Origin: a candidate division WOR-3 bacterium
GTDB taxonomy: Bacteria; Hydrothermota; Hydrothermia; B15-G9; WFZT01
Direction of reading: 5' to 3'
Length of the DNA: 64,000 bases
NCBI GenBank assembly: GCA_027053075.1
Contig: JALUEE010000078.1
Span: 1 to 64,000 of the forward strand
In this document: positions 19,392 through 27,989 of the stretch, piece after piece
Position numbering within the stretch: position 1 is the first letter of the stretch
Layout: every line of letters begins with the position of its first letter
Program-made: the position numbers and the translations under genes
The notes under the pieces: model-generated
Databases searched by the model: none
What the model was told of the DNA's origin: nothing
The model's input: only the letters and a program-made list of their open reading frames with translations

Positions 19392-19858
19392 TTCCTCTCC
19401 CCGCATAAATTTTTTGCGGGGGAAGGAATGAGGTGGGGCTACATCTGATAAATTTTCAGTCAAAATCCGTAAAACTACCTCTCCCGCTCTGCGGGAGAGG
19501 GTCGGGGTGAGGGCCTTCATCTTGAGTTTTATAAAACTTCAAGCAGAATGCCCCCTCCCTTGAATCCTTCCCCCACTTGCTTTGCAAGCGGGGGAGGGAA
19601 GTTTTTTGGCCCCACTTGCACAGCGCGGGGATGGAAACAATTTTTAACCCACAAGTGAAGCGTGGAAAGAGAAGATTTCTGTGGTTGCTGTGGACCATTT
19701 TTAGCTACAAGCCCTGCTTGCGAAAAAAGTGAGGTATCCTTTAAATGCATTTAACCCAGGATTGAGCTTGTCAGAAATTTGTCAAATACTTCCACACACA
19801 CAACTTCCTCTCCCCGCGTAAATACTTGCAGGGAGAGGATTGAGGTGAGGGGCTACAT
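19392..19858. repeat. Cluster of four REP-like GC-rich hairpin repeats in a ~1-kb gene-free interval
   Basis: Copies at ~19392-19446, 19478-19513, 19549-19601 and 19805-19858; the first and last are close direct repeats (TTCCTCTCCCCGC...GAGGTG...GGCTACAT). Confidence 0.75.
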
Positions 19859-20268
19859 ATCTTGAAGGTTGGTTTTGTTTAATAGACCAATAACAGCATT
19901 CGATTAACCCATTGTGTCCAATTTTTTAAACATGCTGTAATCTTTGGTTGTATATCAACAAATTTTACCGAAAATTTTGTTGGTGTGGTTTTAAACTCGA
20001 TTAAAAAATCTGAAAGAGGAACATTTTATTTCCAAATAAACTCCATTTCTTTGCCGCCATTTAAAAATTGGCTAATAACATCTCAACTTTGACACCATCT
20101 CCAAAAACCATTGATATTCAATCATTTTTCGCGTACCACTACCTTGACATCCAAATTTAAAAATTCGCAATATTGCGACAAAAATTCTCCGCACATGTCA
20201 AACTTGATAACATGAGTTTAAATAGTTCTTGCATTCTCAAAACAAATTTCGCGGGCAATTATCGTTTC

Positions 20269-21675
20269 CTAACTTAATCCAATTGAAAGCAATATTATTC
20301 CTGCAATCAGGCTACCTGCAAGGCTGGCGGTGAAATTCACCATGTTATTGCCAAACCACTTAATCCCTCTGAGCCTCTCAAGCCTGATACCGCAGTGCCA
20401 ATCAACATCAAATATACCGCCACACTTCGGGCATTTGTACTGTATTTCAACGGTTGCTCCAAGAATACTATCGATCACGTTTCCAAGAAATCCAAACAAT
20501 CCAGCAAGTACAAAAATCTTCCAGCTGTAGCCATAAATAATCAGGAAGGCAGCAATTATGAAACTCCCTAATAATCCGCCAAAGCTTCCACAGGGAGATA
20601 CGGCTCCGGAACTTCCTTTGGGCAATACACGGAAATTCACAATGGACCTGGGCATCATCCGGCTCAACGTCCCGATTTCCGTTGACCACGTATCTGAATT
20701 GACCACTGCAAGGCTCACCACATATAGCACATACCAGATTTGAGAAGGAAAGATTACATTAAAGATCAGAAATGCGAGGGGCAAGCCCCCATTGGCAAGC
20801 ACCTGTGCAGAATCTCGAGCCTCACCACTTTTCACAACACTCCTGCCTTTCACGAGCTTTGTAAGAATGCTCGAGGTGAGAAAGAAAGTAAGAATCGGCA
20901 GAGCCCACTTAAGACCACCAAAGGCAAAGATCAGTGTTCCCAGAACAAATGTTACCATCCCACCGTCAAAGGTCAAAAAACCAAGGTAAATGGAGGGAAT
21001 GGCAATCAAAAATGCAAGAAGGCCTGAAATTGCAAGTGTATCTCTTATTGCCGGAAGATAATGAATGATAAACGCAAGCCCAAGAGGGAGGGTCAGATTA
21101 TCAATGCCCCCAAAAAATCCAGCTTCGAGGGATACACCAAGAAATGCGATTACAAAAGCATTAATGAAATTCACACCCCAAAAAATTAAAAGCAAAAATA
21201 TGAGCAAGCCAACCACGAGAGAGCCCCCAAGACTCTTTGAGCCAAACTTTGTCTTGAAAACTTTGATAGGGTATTTCTTCCCTACAATAGCAGCAAAGGC
21301 ATCTCCATAGAATAAAGCGGAAAGGGATGTGAATAAGACAATTTTTTCACGGAAAAAGAATAAAGTGACAAAAAACACGGAAAGCGGGTACAAAACCGTT
21401 CCAATAGACTCCCTATCCACATCCTCCATCCCCCTGAATGCTCCAACGGCAAGATTAACAGCATTCATGACAACAAAAAGCCCGGAAAGTATCAGAATAG
21501 GTGTGGGTCCTTTAAAAAATGGATACGCAATGAATATCAGGGTCCCCACTCCAACGTGAACAAGCTTCCTTACAAACTCTGCTGATACCACTCCCTTTTT
21601 GTGCAAAAACTCGGAGACACCTAATAAAGCAAATATGGCCAAAAACAGGATAACTGTAATGAGAAGCTGACTCAT
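20269..21675 (-). CDS. Membrane protein: phytol/dolichol-kinase-like (CTP_transf) domain fused to DUF92 (TMEM19)
   Basis: RKLVHVGVG, GDAFAAIVG, KSLGGS and DNL in the N-terminal half; RDSAQVLANG, DTWSTEIG, SGAVS, DSILGA and NNMVNF in the DUF92 half. Confidence 0.88.
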   Translation of the reverse strand: MSQLLITVILFLAIFALLGVSEFLHKKGVVSAEFVRKLVHVGVGTLIFIAYPFFKGPTPILILSGLFVVMNAVNLAVGAFRGMEDVDRESIGTVLYPLSVFFVTLFFFREKIVLFTSLSALFYGDAFAAIVGKKYPIKVFKTKFGSKSLGGSLVVGLLIFLLLIFWGVNFINAFVIAFLGVSLEAGFFGGIDNLTLPLGLAFIIHYLPAIRDTLAISGLLAFLIAIPSIYLGFLTFDGGMVTFVLGTLIFAFGGLKWALPILTFFLTSSILTKLVKGRSVVKSGEARDSAQVLANGGLPLAFLIFNVIFPSQIWYVLYVVSLAVVNSDTWSTEIGTLSRMMPRSIVNFRVLPKGSSGAVSPCGSFGGLLGSFIIAAFLIIYGYSWKIFVLAGLFGFLGNVIDSILGATVEIQYKCPKCGGIFDVDWHCGIRLERLRGIKWFGNNMVNFTASLAGSLIAGIILLSIGLS

Positions 21676-22733
21676 TTCCAGTAAGATTCGAATCCTTCGA
21701 TCTTTCTTACTTCCCTCAGAAGCTCTTTAACTTTTTGTGCGTCATCTCGAGGAATCACAAGAGTGACATCTCCGGTGTGGATAACCACCATATTTTTCAC
21801 ATTGTAAATGGCCACAAGTCCACCGTCAGAAACGACAATATTTTTTTCACCACCAAGAACCACTGCATCCCCAATGATCACATTCCCCCGCTCATCTGTA
21901 TTAACCACCCTATCAAAGGATGAGAAGGAACCTACATCTTCCCAGTCAAAAAGCGCCTCCACAACAGCGATATTCTCTGCCTTTTCCATTACACCGTAGT
22001 CAATAGAGGTCTCCTCCACCTCACCGTAGAAAGAGAGAACATCTTCGGGCTTTGTAAGGTCATATTTTTCAAGGAGCGCATACAGTCCTGGCATGTATTT
22101 TTTAAAGGCTTCCATGATGTCCCTAACACGCCAGACAAACATTCCACTATTCCAGTAAAAATTGCCACTTTCGAGATATTCGATTGCCTTCTTACGGTCA
22201 GGTTTTTCGTGAAATTTTTCTACCCTGTAAGCAGTCAGGTCTCCCGATCTCTTAAGAACTCCATCTCTCTCGATATACCCATAGCCCGTCTCCGGTCTAT
22301 CGGGAACTATGCCGAGTGTGACAAGAAAGCCTTCCTGTGCTATTTCAATTGCGAACTCCACGGATTTTTTGAAGGCATCCACATTGATGATAACGTGGTC
22401 TGCAGGTGTCATGAAGATAATCGCGTCGTCACCTGCGATTTTCTGTACAATCTGTGCCATAAAGGCACAGGCAGCGGCAGTATTTTTACCCACAGGCTCA
22501 AACAGGATTTTATAACCCGGAAAGTACTCCTCAAACTTACTTCTCAGCTTTTCGGTGGTTATAAAGATGACATATTCCGGTGGAACAATGGTCTCAACCC
22601 TATCAACAGTGAGCTCAATAAGGGTCTTTTTTCTGCCAATTTTTAAAAACTGCTTCGGATGGGATTCCCGGGAGAGAGGCCACAGCCTCTCTCCCTTCCC
22701 ACCGGCCATTATTCCGGCATAAATTTTGCTCAT
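21672..22733 (-). CDS. manC: Mannose-1-phosphate guanylyltransferase
   Basis: MAGGKGERLWPLSR..PKQFL, EPVGKNTA, PADH, PETGYGYI, FHEKP, WNSGMF, SIDYGVMEK. Confidence 0.95.
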   Translation of the reverse strand: MSKIYAGIMAGGKGERLWPLSRESHPKQFLKIGRKKTLIELTVDRVETIVPPEYVIFITTEKLRSKFEEYFPGYKILFEPVGKNTAAACAFMAQIVQKIAGDDAIIFMTPADHVIINVDAFKKSVEFAIEIAQEGFLVTLGIVPDRPETGYGYIERDGVLKRSGDLTAYRVEKFHEKPDRKKAIEYLESGNFYWNSGMFVWRVRDIMEAFKKYMPGLYALLEKYDLTKPEDVLSFYGEVEETSIDYGVMEKAENIAVVEALFDWEDVGSFSSFDRVVNTDERGNVIIGDAVVLGGEKNIVVSDGGLVAIYNVKNMVVIHTGDVTLVIPRDDAQKVKELLREVRKIEGFESYWK

Positions 22734-25318
22734 TTTCCGCGTAAAACGAGGAATTTCAGAGTTTTTCCCGCACCACGGGCATAATAAACACCCGCTCTCA
22801 AGTCAGAGACCGATATCCTGAAAACCCCATGGCCCTGGATTCTCAAAGTTTTTACCACTCTACCTGAAACATCGTAAATAGTAACCTTCTGAGGTCTATT
22901 ACTGCGAATCACAAAGTAACCGTTTGTAATAACCGAGTTTTCAAGAGTAAAAGCAGGGGACTCATGAACTTCTCTCTCTTCAACTCCTACTGGAAGTCCC
23001 ATCCATCTCATGATGTTTCTAAGAAGCACAGCACCTGAATCGTAACCTGTCACCGAACTATTAATCGCCTCCCAGGGAAAAGCGAGAAATGCAAGCTTAT
23101 AGCTCCCTGAGTATCTAATCGCTGCACCACTTCCCGCCGAGTGGTAAACAAGGAAGGTACTTGCACCACCGACAGGGGAAATAGCATCCTTTGAATTTGC
23201 GTCGTTTGCTCCGCCAGTACCGAACACCACAAATCTCAAGCCCTGGGATATCGGGTCACCCGCAACTCCGTCAACAAAGTAATCTGAAACTGATGTATCC
23301 ACAAGAGATGCTTTGAGATAATTGGACAAAAATGATGAGCCTGCAAGGCTCTGAGCTGCATTCTGACTCGATATTATGAAGTTTACTCCATGGTCCATTG
23401 CGCTCTCAACGGAATCTACTTCCTCCTGGGAGAATGGCGTAGTCTCCTGTCCGGTAAACCAGATAACCAGCTGATGTTCATTTAATCCATAAATTCCAGA
23501 CAACTGAGGCGTTCCCTGGCTCGCCACATCCCAGTAGTCGTAAGTGAATTCAAGGGAATTTAAAACATCGGTGTAGTATGTTTCGTAATTCTCGCCTCCA
23601 TCGTCATCAACAAGCAGGATATAGGGCTGTGAAACAAGGAAGGAAACTGTATCTTTTTTAATCACAGGTCCAGGGCTACTCGTAACAAGTGTAAGTTCAA
23701 TCTTCCCAACAATAGGCGAAGTGGTGTCTGAAACATAGAAAGCGATGGGATCGGATTCATTGCTGGCAGAATCTCCCGGCTGGACATCGCCGATAAATGA
23801 AAAGGAATCTGTTAGGGTAATCTGCGGAACGAGAGACCTTGCGATTATCCTGAGATTCTCGGCAGGCTGCCATCCAGCAGAATCCACAAGACTCAACCTC
23901 ATCTCGACGTTCTCACCAGGATCAGGTCTTCCGTCACCGTCTCCATCGTCAATCAGGGTCAAACTGGATATAGTAACAAAAGATAAGTATCTCCTTCCGA
24001 GAGTTGAAACTGCCTTATAAACATTCACTCTGCCTGCTCCGAGATTCCCGGCGTTGTAGTATGGGTCATCAGGCATGGAATCTGCGGTCGCAAGCAGTAT
24101 AGCTTTTATGCTATCCGGTGAATAGTAATGGTTTATAGACCTCAATAGTCCCACAACACCAGATACAAATGGAGATGCCATTGAGGTTCCATAAAAAGAG
24201 TCGTATCCATTGCCAGGAATAGTGCTCAAAATGTTATCACCAGGAGCTGCAATGTCCACCCAGCTTCCGTAGTTTGAGTAGCTCGATTTGTGATCATAGG
24301 GGTCGGTTGCTGCTACCGCAATAACCAGGGGATGAGCAGCAGGGTACATGGGATTACTGGTATTATCATTCCCAGCAGCCGCGACCAGAACCATGCCATG
24401 GTTGTATGCATACTGGAATGCAGTACCCAGTGAACCCGTCCATCCACCCCAGCTCATGTTAAAGACATCTGCGCCAATAGTTACAGCATAGTAAACAGCG
24501 GACACTGAATTTGACAACCAATGGGACCTCAAAGGTAGAATTTTGCAGCTATATCCGACTCCAGCGACGCCAATACCGTTATTTGTAGCTGCACTCGCTA
24601 TGCCTGCAACATGTGTTCCATGCTCAAAATCCGGACCATTGTGAGCTGGAGAGGGATCGTTATTATTTTCATAAAAGTCCCATCCCACAAAATCATCCAC
24701 CTTCCCGTCGCCATCATCGTCTCTGTCGTTAATGTCCCCCGGGTCAAAAGTCCAATGGCCATTGATATATTCAATTACATGTCCATCGCCATCGGCATCT
24801 TCACCAAGATTTTGATAAATATTCCCAACAAGGTCCTCGTGTCTCCAGTCTACACCGGTGTCATCAATTCCTATAATAACCGTGGAGTCTCCCTTTGTTA
24901 CATCCCAGCCATGTATCGCATCAGCTCTTGCAAGACTCCACTGGTGAGTTAAGTAAGGATCGTTGGGATAAAAGAAATATTTTTTCGCATAATCAGGATC
25001 GGCGTATTTGACCTCACTGTATTTTCTCATCTCTTTGGCGAAGGCAAATACATCTTTCTGGGGGTCGAACTGTATAAGATAGATAAGGTCTAAACCAAGT
25101 TCTTTCGCATCTTCAGGCATATTGGGATCGTTTATGAGACGCTCAAGCTTAATCACACCGAACTTTTCGAAGGTAGTCTTAAAGACTGGAAGATTTTCCG
25201 GGTATATTGTTTTTTGTGTGAGATGGTCCCTGAAGCTATTTTGAAACTGAACAATAGCGTAACCGGGTCTCACAGGGTTAAGGGTGGAAAATAAGAAAAG
25301 AAGAATAGAAGCAATCAT
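22730..25318 (-). CDS. Subtilisin-like S8 serine peptidase with T9SS-like CTD
   Basis: Catalytic triad DDTG, HGTHVAG, GTSMASP; AAGND oxyanion motif; GVEE linker plus IYDVSGR...GVYY CTD. Confidence 0.93.
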   Translation of the reverse strand: MIASILLFLFSTLNPVRPGYAIVQFQNSFRDHLTQKTIYPENLPVFKTTFEKFGVIKLERLINDPNMPEDAKELGLDLIYLIQFDPQKDVFAFAKEMRKYSEVKYADPDYAKKYFFYPNDPYLTHQWSLARADAIHGWDVTKGDSTVIIGIDDTGVDWRHEDLVGNIYQNLGEDADGDGHVIEYINGHWTFDPGDINDRDDDGDGKVDDFVGWDFYENNNDPSPAHNGPDFEHGTHVAGIASAATNNGIGVAGVGYSCKILPLRSHWLSNSVSAVYYAVTIGADVFNMSWGGWTGSLGTAFQYAYNHGMVLVAAAGNDNTSNPMYPAAHPLVIAVAATDPYDHKSSYSNYGSWVDIAAPGDNILSTIPGNGYDSFYGTSMASPFVSGVVGLLRSINHYYSPDSIKAILLATADSMPDDPYYNAGNLGAGRVNVYKAVSTLGRRYLSFVTISSLTLIDDGDGDGRPDPGENVEMRLSLVDSAGWQPAENLRIIARSLVPQITLTDSFSFIGDVQPGDSASNESDPIAFYVSDTTSPIVGKIELTLVTSSPGPVIKKDTVSFLVSQPYILLVDDDGGENYETYYTDVLNSLEFTYDYWDVASQGTPQLSGIYGLNEHQLVIWFTGQETTPFSQEEVDSVESAMDHGVNFIISSQNAAQSLAGSSFLSNYLKASLVDTSVSDYFVDGVAGDPISQGLRFVVFGTGGANDANSKDAISPVGGASTFLVYHSAGSGAAIRYSGSYKLAFLAFPWEAINSSVTGYDSGAVLLRNIMRWMGLPVGVEEREVHESPAFTLENSVITNGYFVIRSNRPQKVTIYDVSGRVVKTLRIQGHGVFRISVSDLRAGVYYARGAGKTLKFLVLRGK

Positions 25319-25336
25319 AATTCACCGTATTTTAAA

Positions 25337-25379
25337 AGTGGGGTGCGGATGCGCCCAAAGGGCGCATCCGCACCCCACT
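25337..25379. terminator. 20-bp perfect hairpin at the end of the TonB/T9SS-cargo operon
   Basis: AGTGGGGTGCGGATGCGCCC-AAA-GGGCGCATCCGCACCCCACT followed by a T tract on the minus strand. Confidence 0.8.
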
Positions 25380-25399
25380 CATTGGCTTTTAAATCCTAA

Positions 25400-27037
25400 T
25401 TACTTAACAACCACAAATCTTGATACGACCTCTTTGCTCCCGGCGTTCATCTTCACAAGGTAAACACCTTCAGCGAGATTTGTGGGCAGTGAGACAGCAT
25501 GGGTGCCAGCTTCAGCTATACCGTTGTAGAGTGTGGAGACTTTTCTACCTGTAATGTCAAATACACTGATGTTCACTTTACCTGCAGTGGGGACAGAGAA
25601 CGTGAGTCTGGCATCTTTGTTCACAACGCCAGGAACGGTGAGTTTAACATCAACTGCACGATGGTTGTCTTCCTGGACTCCCACGGTGTAGGTTGTACCG
25701 TAGAAGTAAACAATGTCAGGAGTATTCGCATCTGTGTAGGAACCCACCACATGGATGTTGTGGTTTGCGCAATACAGTTTTGCAGGCAGCTCAAAGGCCT
25801 CCTCTTCCATGGAATCAGGAACTGCCTCGATTGTTGTATCTACCCATGTGGCACCACCATCTGTGGATACAAGCAATCCTATATCAGGCAGTGTGTCTGA
25901 TCCATGGATGAAAAAGCCTTTGTAAGCAGCAACCAAAACACCACCATCGGTAATGCCAATGGTAGGCTGGGTAGCCACTGTACCACCCTGGCCATCGCCC
26001 TCAAGAACAGTTGCGGTCCAGTCGGTCCATGCACCAGGATGACCACCACCTGGAGTGTAGTACCACACATCACCATACTCGTGGTTTCCACTTCCAAACT
26101 TCCAGATTATGTGAGGCTTATTGTTTGCATCCAGCACAAAGTCGTAACCATACCACCAACCCTGAGCCGAATCGTATGGGGCTCCACCTGTGACATTCCA
26201 GATAGGAATAGTGTCGACCCATGTCTGTCCACCATCCATAGACTCCATGAATACAGGCGCAATTGTGGCACCATAGCCATAGTCAAAGAGCCAGTCTGTA
26301 ATGACAGCTATATATCCATTTGTTCCAATCCTCGGTATCGGTGTGTCATTCCATCCACCTGAGATTGCTGATGTGATGAATGTATCAGCATTCCATGTGG
26401 TACCTCCATCATAGGATGTCCAGTAGTATGTGCTTCCGTCAAAGATATTGGCGGCGAACACTATGATGGTGTCTCCAGATGCGTCAGCTGAAGGAAGCCA
26501 GCAGTTCCACTGCTGAGAATTGGGGAGCTCGACTACGTTGTAAAGACCACTTGGCCAGAGAACATCCCATGCAACTTTCACAGGGCTTGGTTGATAGGCT
26601 CCGTTCACATAAGCTGCCTCATGCCAGAAGAAGAGTGGTCCCTGATGAGCCCAGTGCTCTGGCCAGATAACGCCAGGATAGATCCTTCTAACTGCGTTAG
26701 TACTGAGGTCATGTGTAGTCCAGGTCTGGCCTCCATCAAAGGAAATAGCCACCTTAACATTCTGGAAAATGTTTGCAGGATCTCCAGAAGGCTCACCGTA
26801 AATAACAACAACTGTATCACCGTGAACAGCTATGTTTTTACCAGGTGAACCAAGCAGCGCCCTGATATCAGGTATAGGACCCACCGTATCACGAGGCATG
26901 AGCTTTGCTGAGGTCGGATTGGTAGACCAGTATCCTTCCAGTTTGCTCAGCGCTTTCCTCTTCATAGAGGTGTTAGCGCTCACAAGCCCTACTGTTACAA
27001 GCAGGGCAACCATTACATTTACAACTCCTTTCTTCAT
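25400..27037 (-). CDS. Secreted Asp-box (BNR) beta-propeller protein with T9SS-like CTD
   Basis: Four SxDGGxTW motifs; GVQE linker; CTD VFDITGRKV...GVYLVKM. Confidence 0.85.
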   Translation of the reverse strand: MKKGVVNVMVALLVTVGLVSANTSMKRKALSKLEGYWSTNPTSAKLMPRDTVGPIPDIRALLGSPGKNIAVHGDTVVVIYGEPSGDPANIFQNVKVAISFDGGQTWTTHDLSTNAVRRIYPGVIWPEHWAHQGPLFFWHEAAYVNGAYQPSPVKVAWDVLWPSGLYNVVELPNSQQWNCWLPSADASGDTIIVFAANIFDGSTYYWTSYDGGTTWNADTFITSAISGGWNDTPIPRIGTNGYIAVITDWLFDYGYGATIAPVFMESMDGGQTWVDTIPIWNVTGGAPYDSAQGWWYGYDFVLDANNKPHIIWKFGSGNHEYGDVWYYTPGGGHPGAWTDWTATVLEGDGQGGTVATQPTIGITDGGVLVAAYKGFFIHGSDTLPDIGLLVSTDGGATWVDTTIEAVPDSMEEEAFELPAKLYCANHNIHVVGSYTDANTPDIVYFYGTTYTVGVQEDNHRAVDVKLTVPGVVNKDARLTFSVPTAGKVNISVFDITGRKVSTLYNGIAEAGTHAVSLPTNLAEGVYLVKMNAGSKEVVSRFVVVK

Positions 27038-27053
27038 ACTACACCTCCTTTGT

Positions 27054-27980
27054 TTAATTTGAACCTATTTCCTCGTTAAGCTTATTCAGTATGATCCAGT
27101 AATTATCAGGATCATACGGATCTCCGTTAAATGTCCAGTTAGGATCAATTATCTTAAGCTCCCTGACACAGTTGGCCATAAGGCCACTCCAGAAGTAGCT
27201 TTCAGCAAGCACCAATCTTGTTCCCGTTTCATTTATGTATGGATAATGCACAAACCCTCTGGGCACGCCATGTTTAACAGCAGCATTTGCATAAGCAATA
27301 GCAGTCATGAGATATTTGCCTTCAGTATTGGAAGCAGCAGCAACTGCAGTTCCGATGTGAGCGAACAGATTGACCTGAACAGAATCCGAGTCTGCGACAT
27401 TTTTAAATATGAAATAGTTTACCACAAGCGTGTCCTTGATATGTGGCCCCGCAACACTGTCGTTAATAATCTGTGCCGCAATTGTGATGGTAGAATCTGT
27501 AATTTCCCTCAAAGTCTGATTCACATAGTTGATCGAAGCCGAACTTACACCGATAACAGGTCTATGCTGTAGTTCAACAACTGTAAATGTATCCACTGCT
27601 CCGGCAACAGTATCAATCTCAAACCAGTAACGATCCGTATCTGATGGAAGAATGATTTCGTGGAAAACCGGCTGAGCCATACTACCGCCACTCAGGATCA
27701 TGGCAAAGGAAAAGGCTGACTGTGCAAGGTCAGGCCTGTTCAGAGCAACCTCACTCCATGCGAGACCGAGATGAGCCTCAGGAATGGTATTATCCATTCT
27801 TATAACTTTCTCAAATTTTGCTTTAGCGGTAGCAAAGTCGAGACTATCGTATCTGCTCCATGCAGTATCGAGAACAGCCTGGGGGTCTTCTGGTGGGGGA
27901 AAAGTGGTTGCATTTTTAACTCCGCATCCCACAGCTATAAAGCTAATTAAAGCCACTGCCAATAAGATCTTCTTCATCAT
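27054..27980 (-). CDS. TPR-containing lipoprotein
   Basis: Lipobox AVGC; TPR-like AKAKFEKVI...PEAHLGLAWS. Confidence 0.75.
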   Translation of the reverse strand: MMKKILLAVALISFIAVGCGVKNATTFPPPEDPQAVLDTAWSRYDSLDFATAKAKFEKVIRMDNTIPEAHLGLAWSEVALNRPDLAQSAFSFAMILSGGSMAQPVFHEIILPSDTDRYWFEIDTVAGAVDTFTVVELQHRPVIGVSSASINYVNQTLREITDSTITIAAQIINDSVAGPHIKDTLVVNYFIFKNVADSDSVQVNLFAHIGTAVAAASNTEGKYLMTAIAYANAAVKHGVPRGFVHYPYINETGTRLVLAESYFWSGLMANCVRELKIIDPNWTFNGDPYDPDNYWIILNKLNEEIGSN

Positions 27981-27989
27981 TGTCCTCCT

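Noticed and set aside
19290..19750. Short ORFs 19290..19520, 19456..19698 and 19529..19750
   Set aside because: They translate the hairpin repeats (PHPDPLPQSGRG, LTPTLSRRAGE) and have no SD or protein-like features
19392..19858. Repeat cluster as a CRISPR array
   Set aside because: Repeats differ in sequence and spacing, there are no uniform spacers, and no cas gene is present
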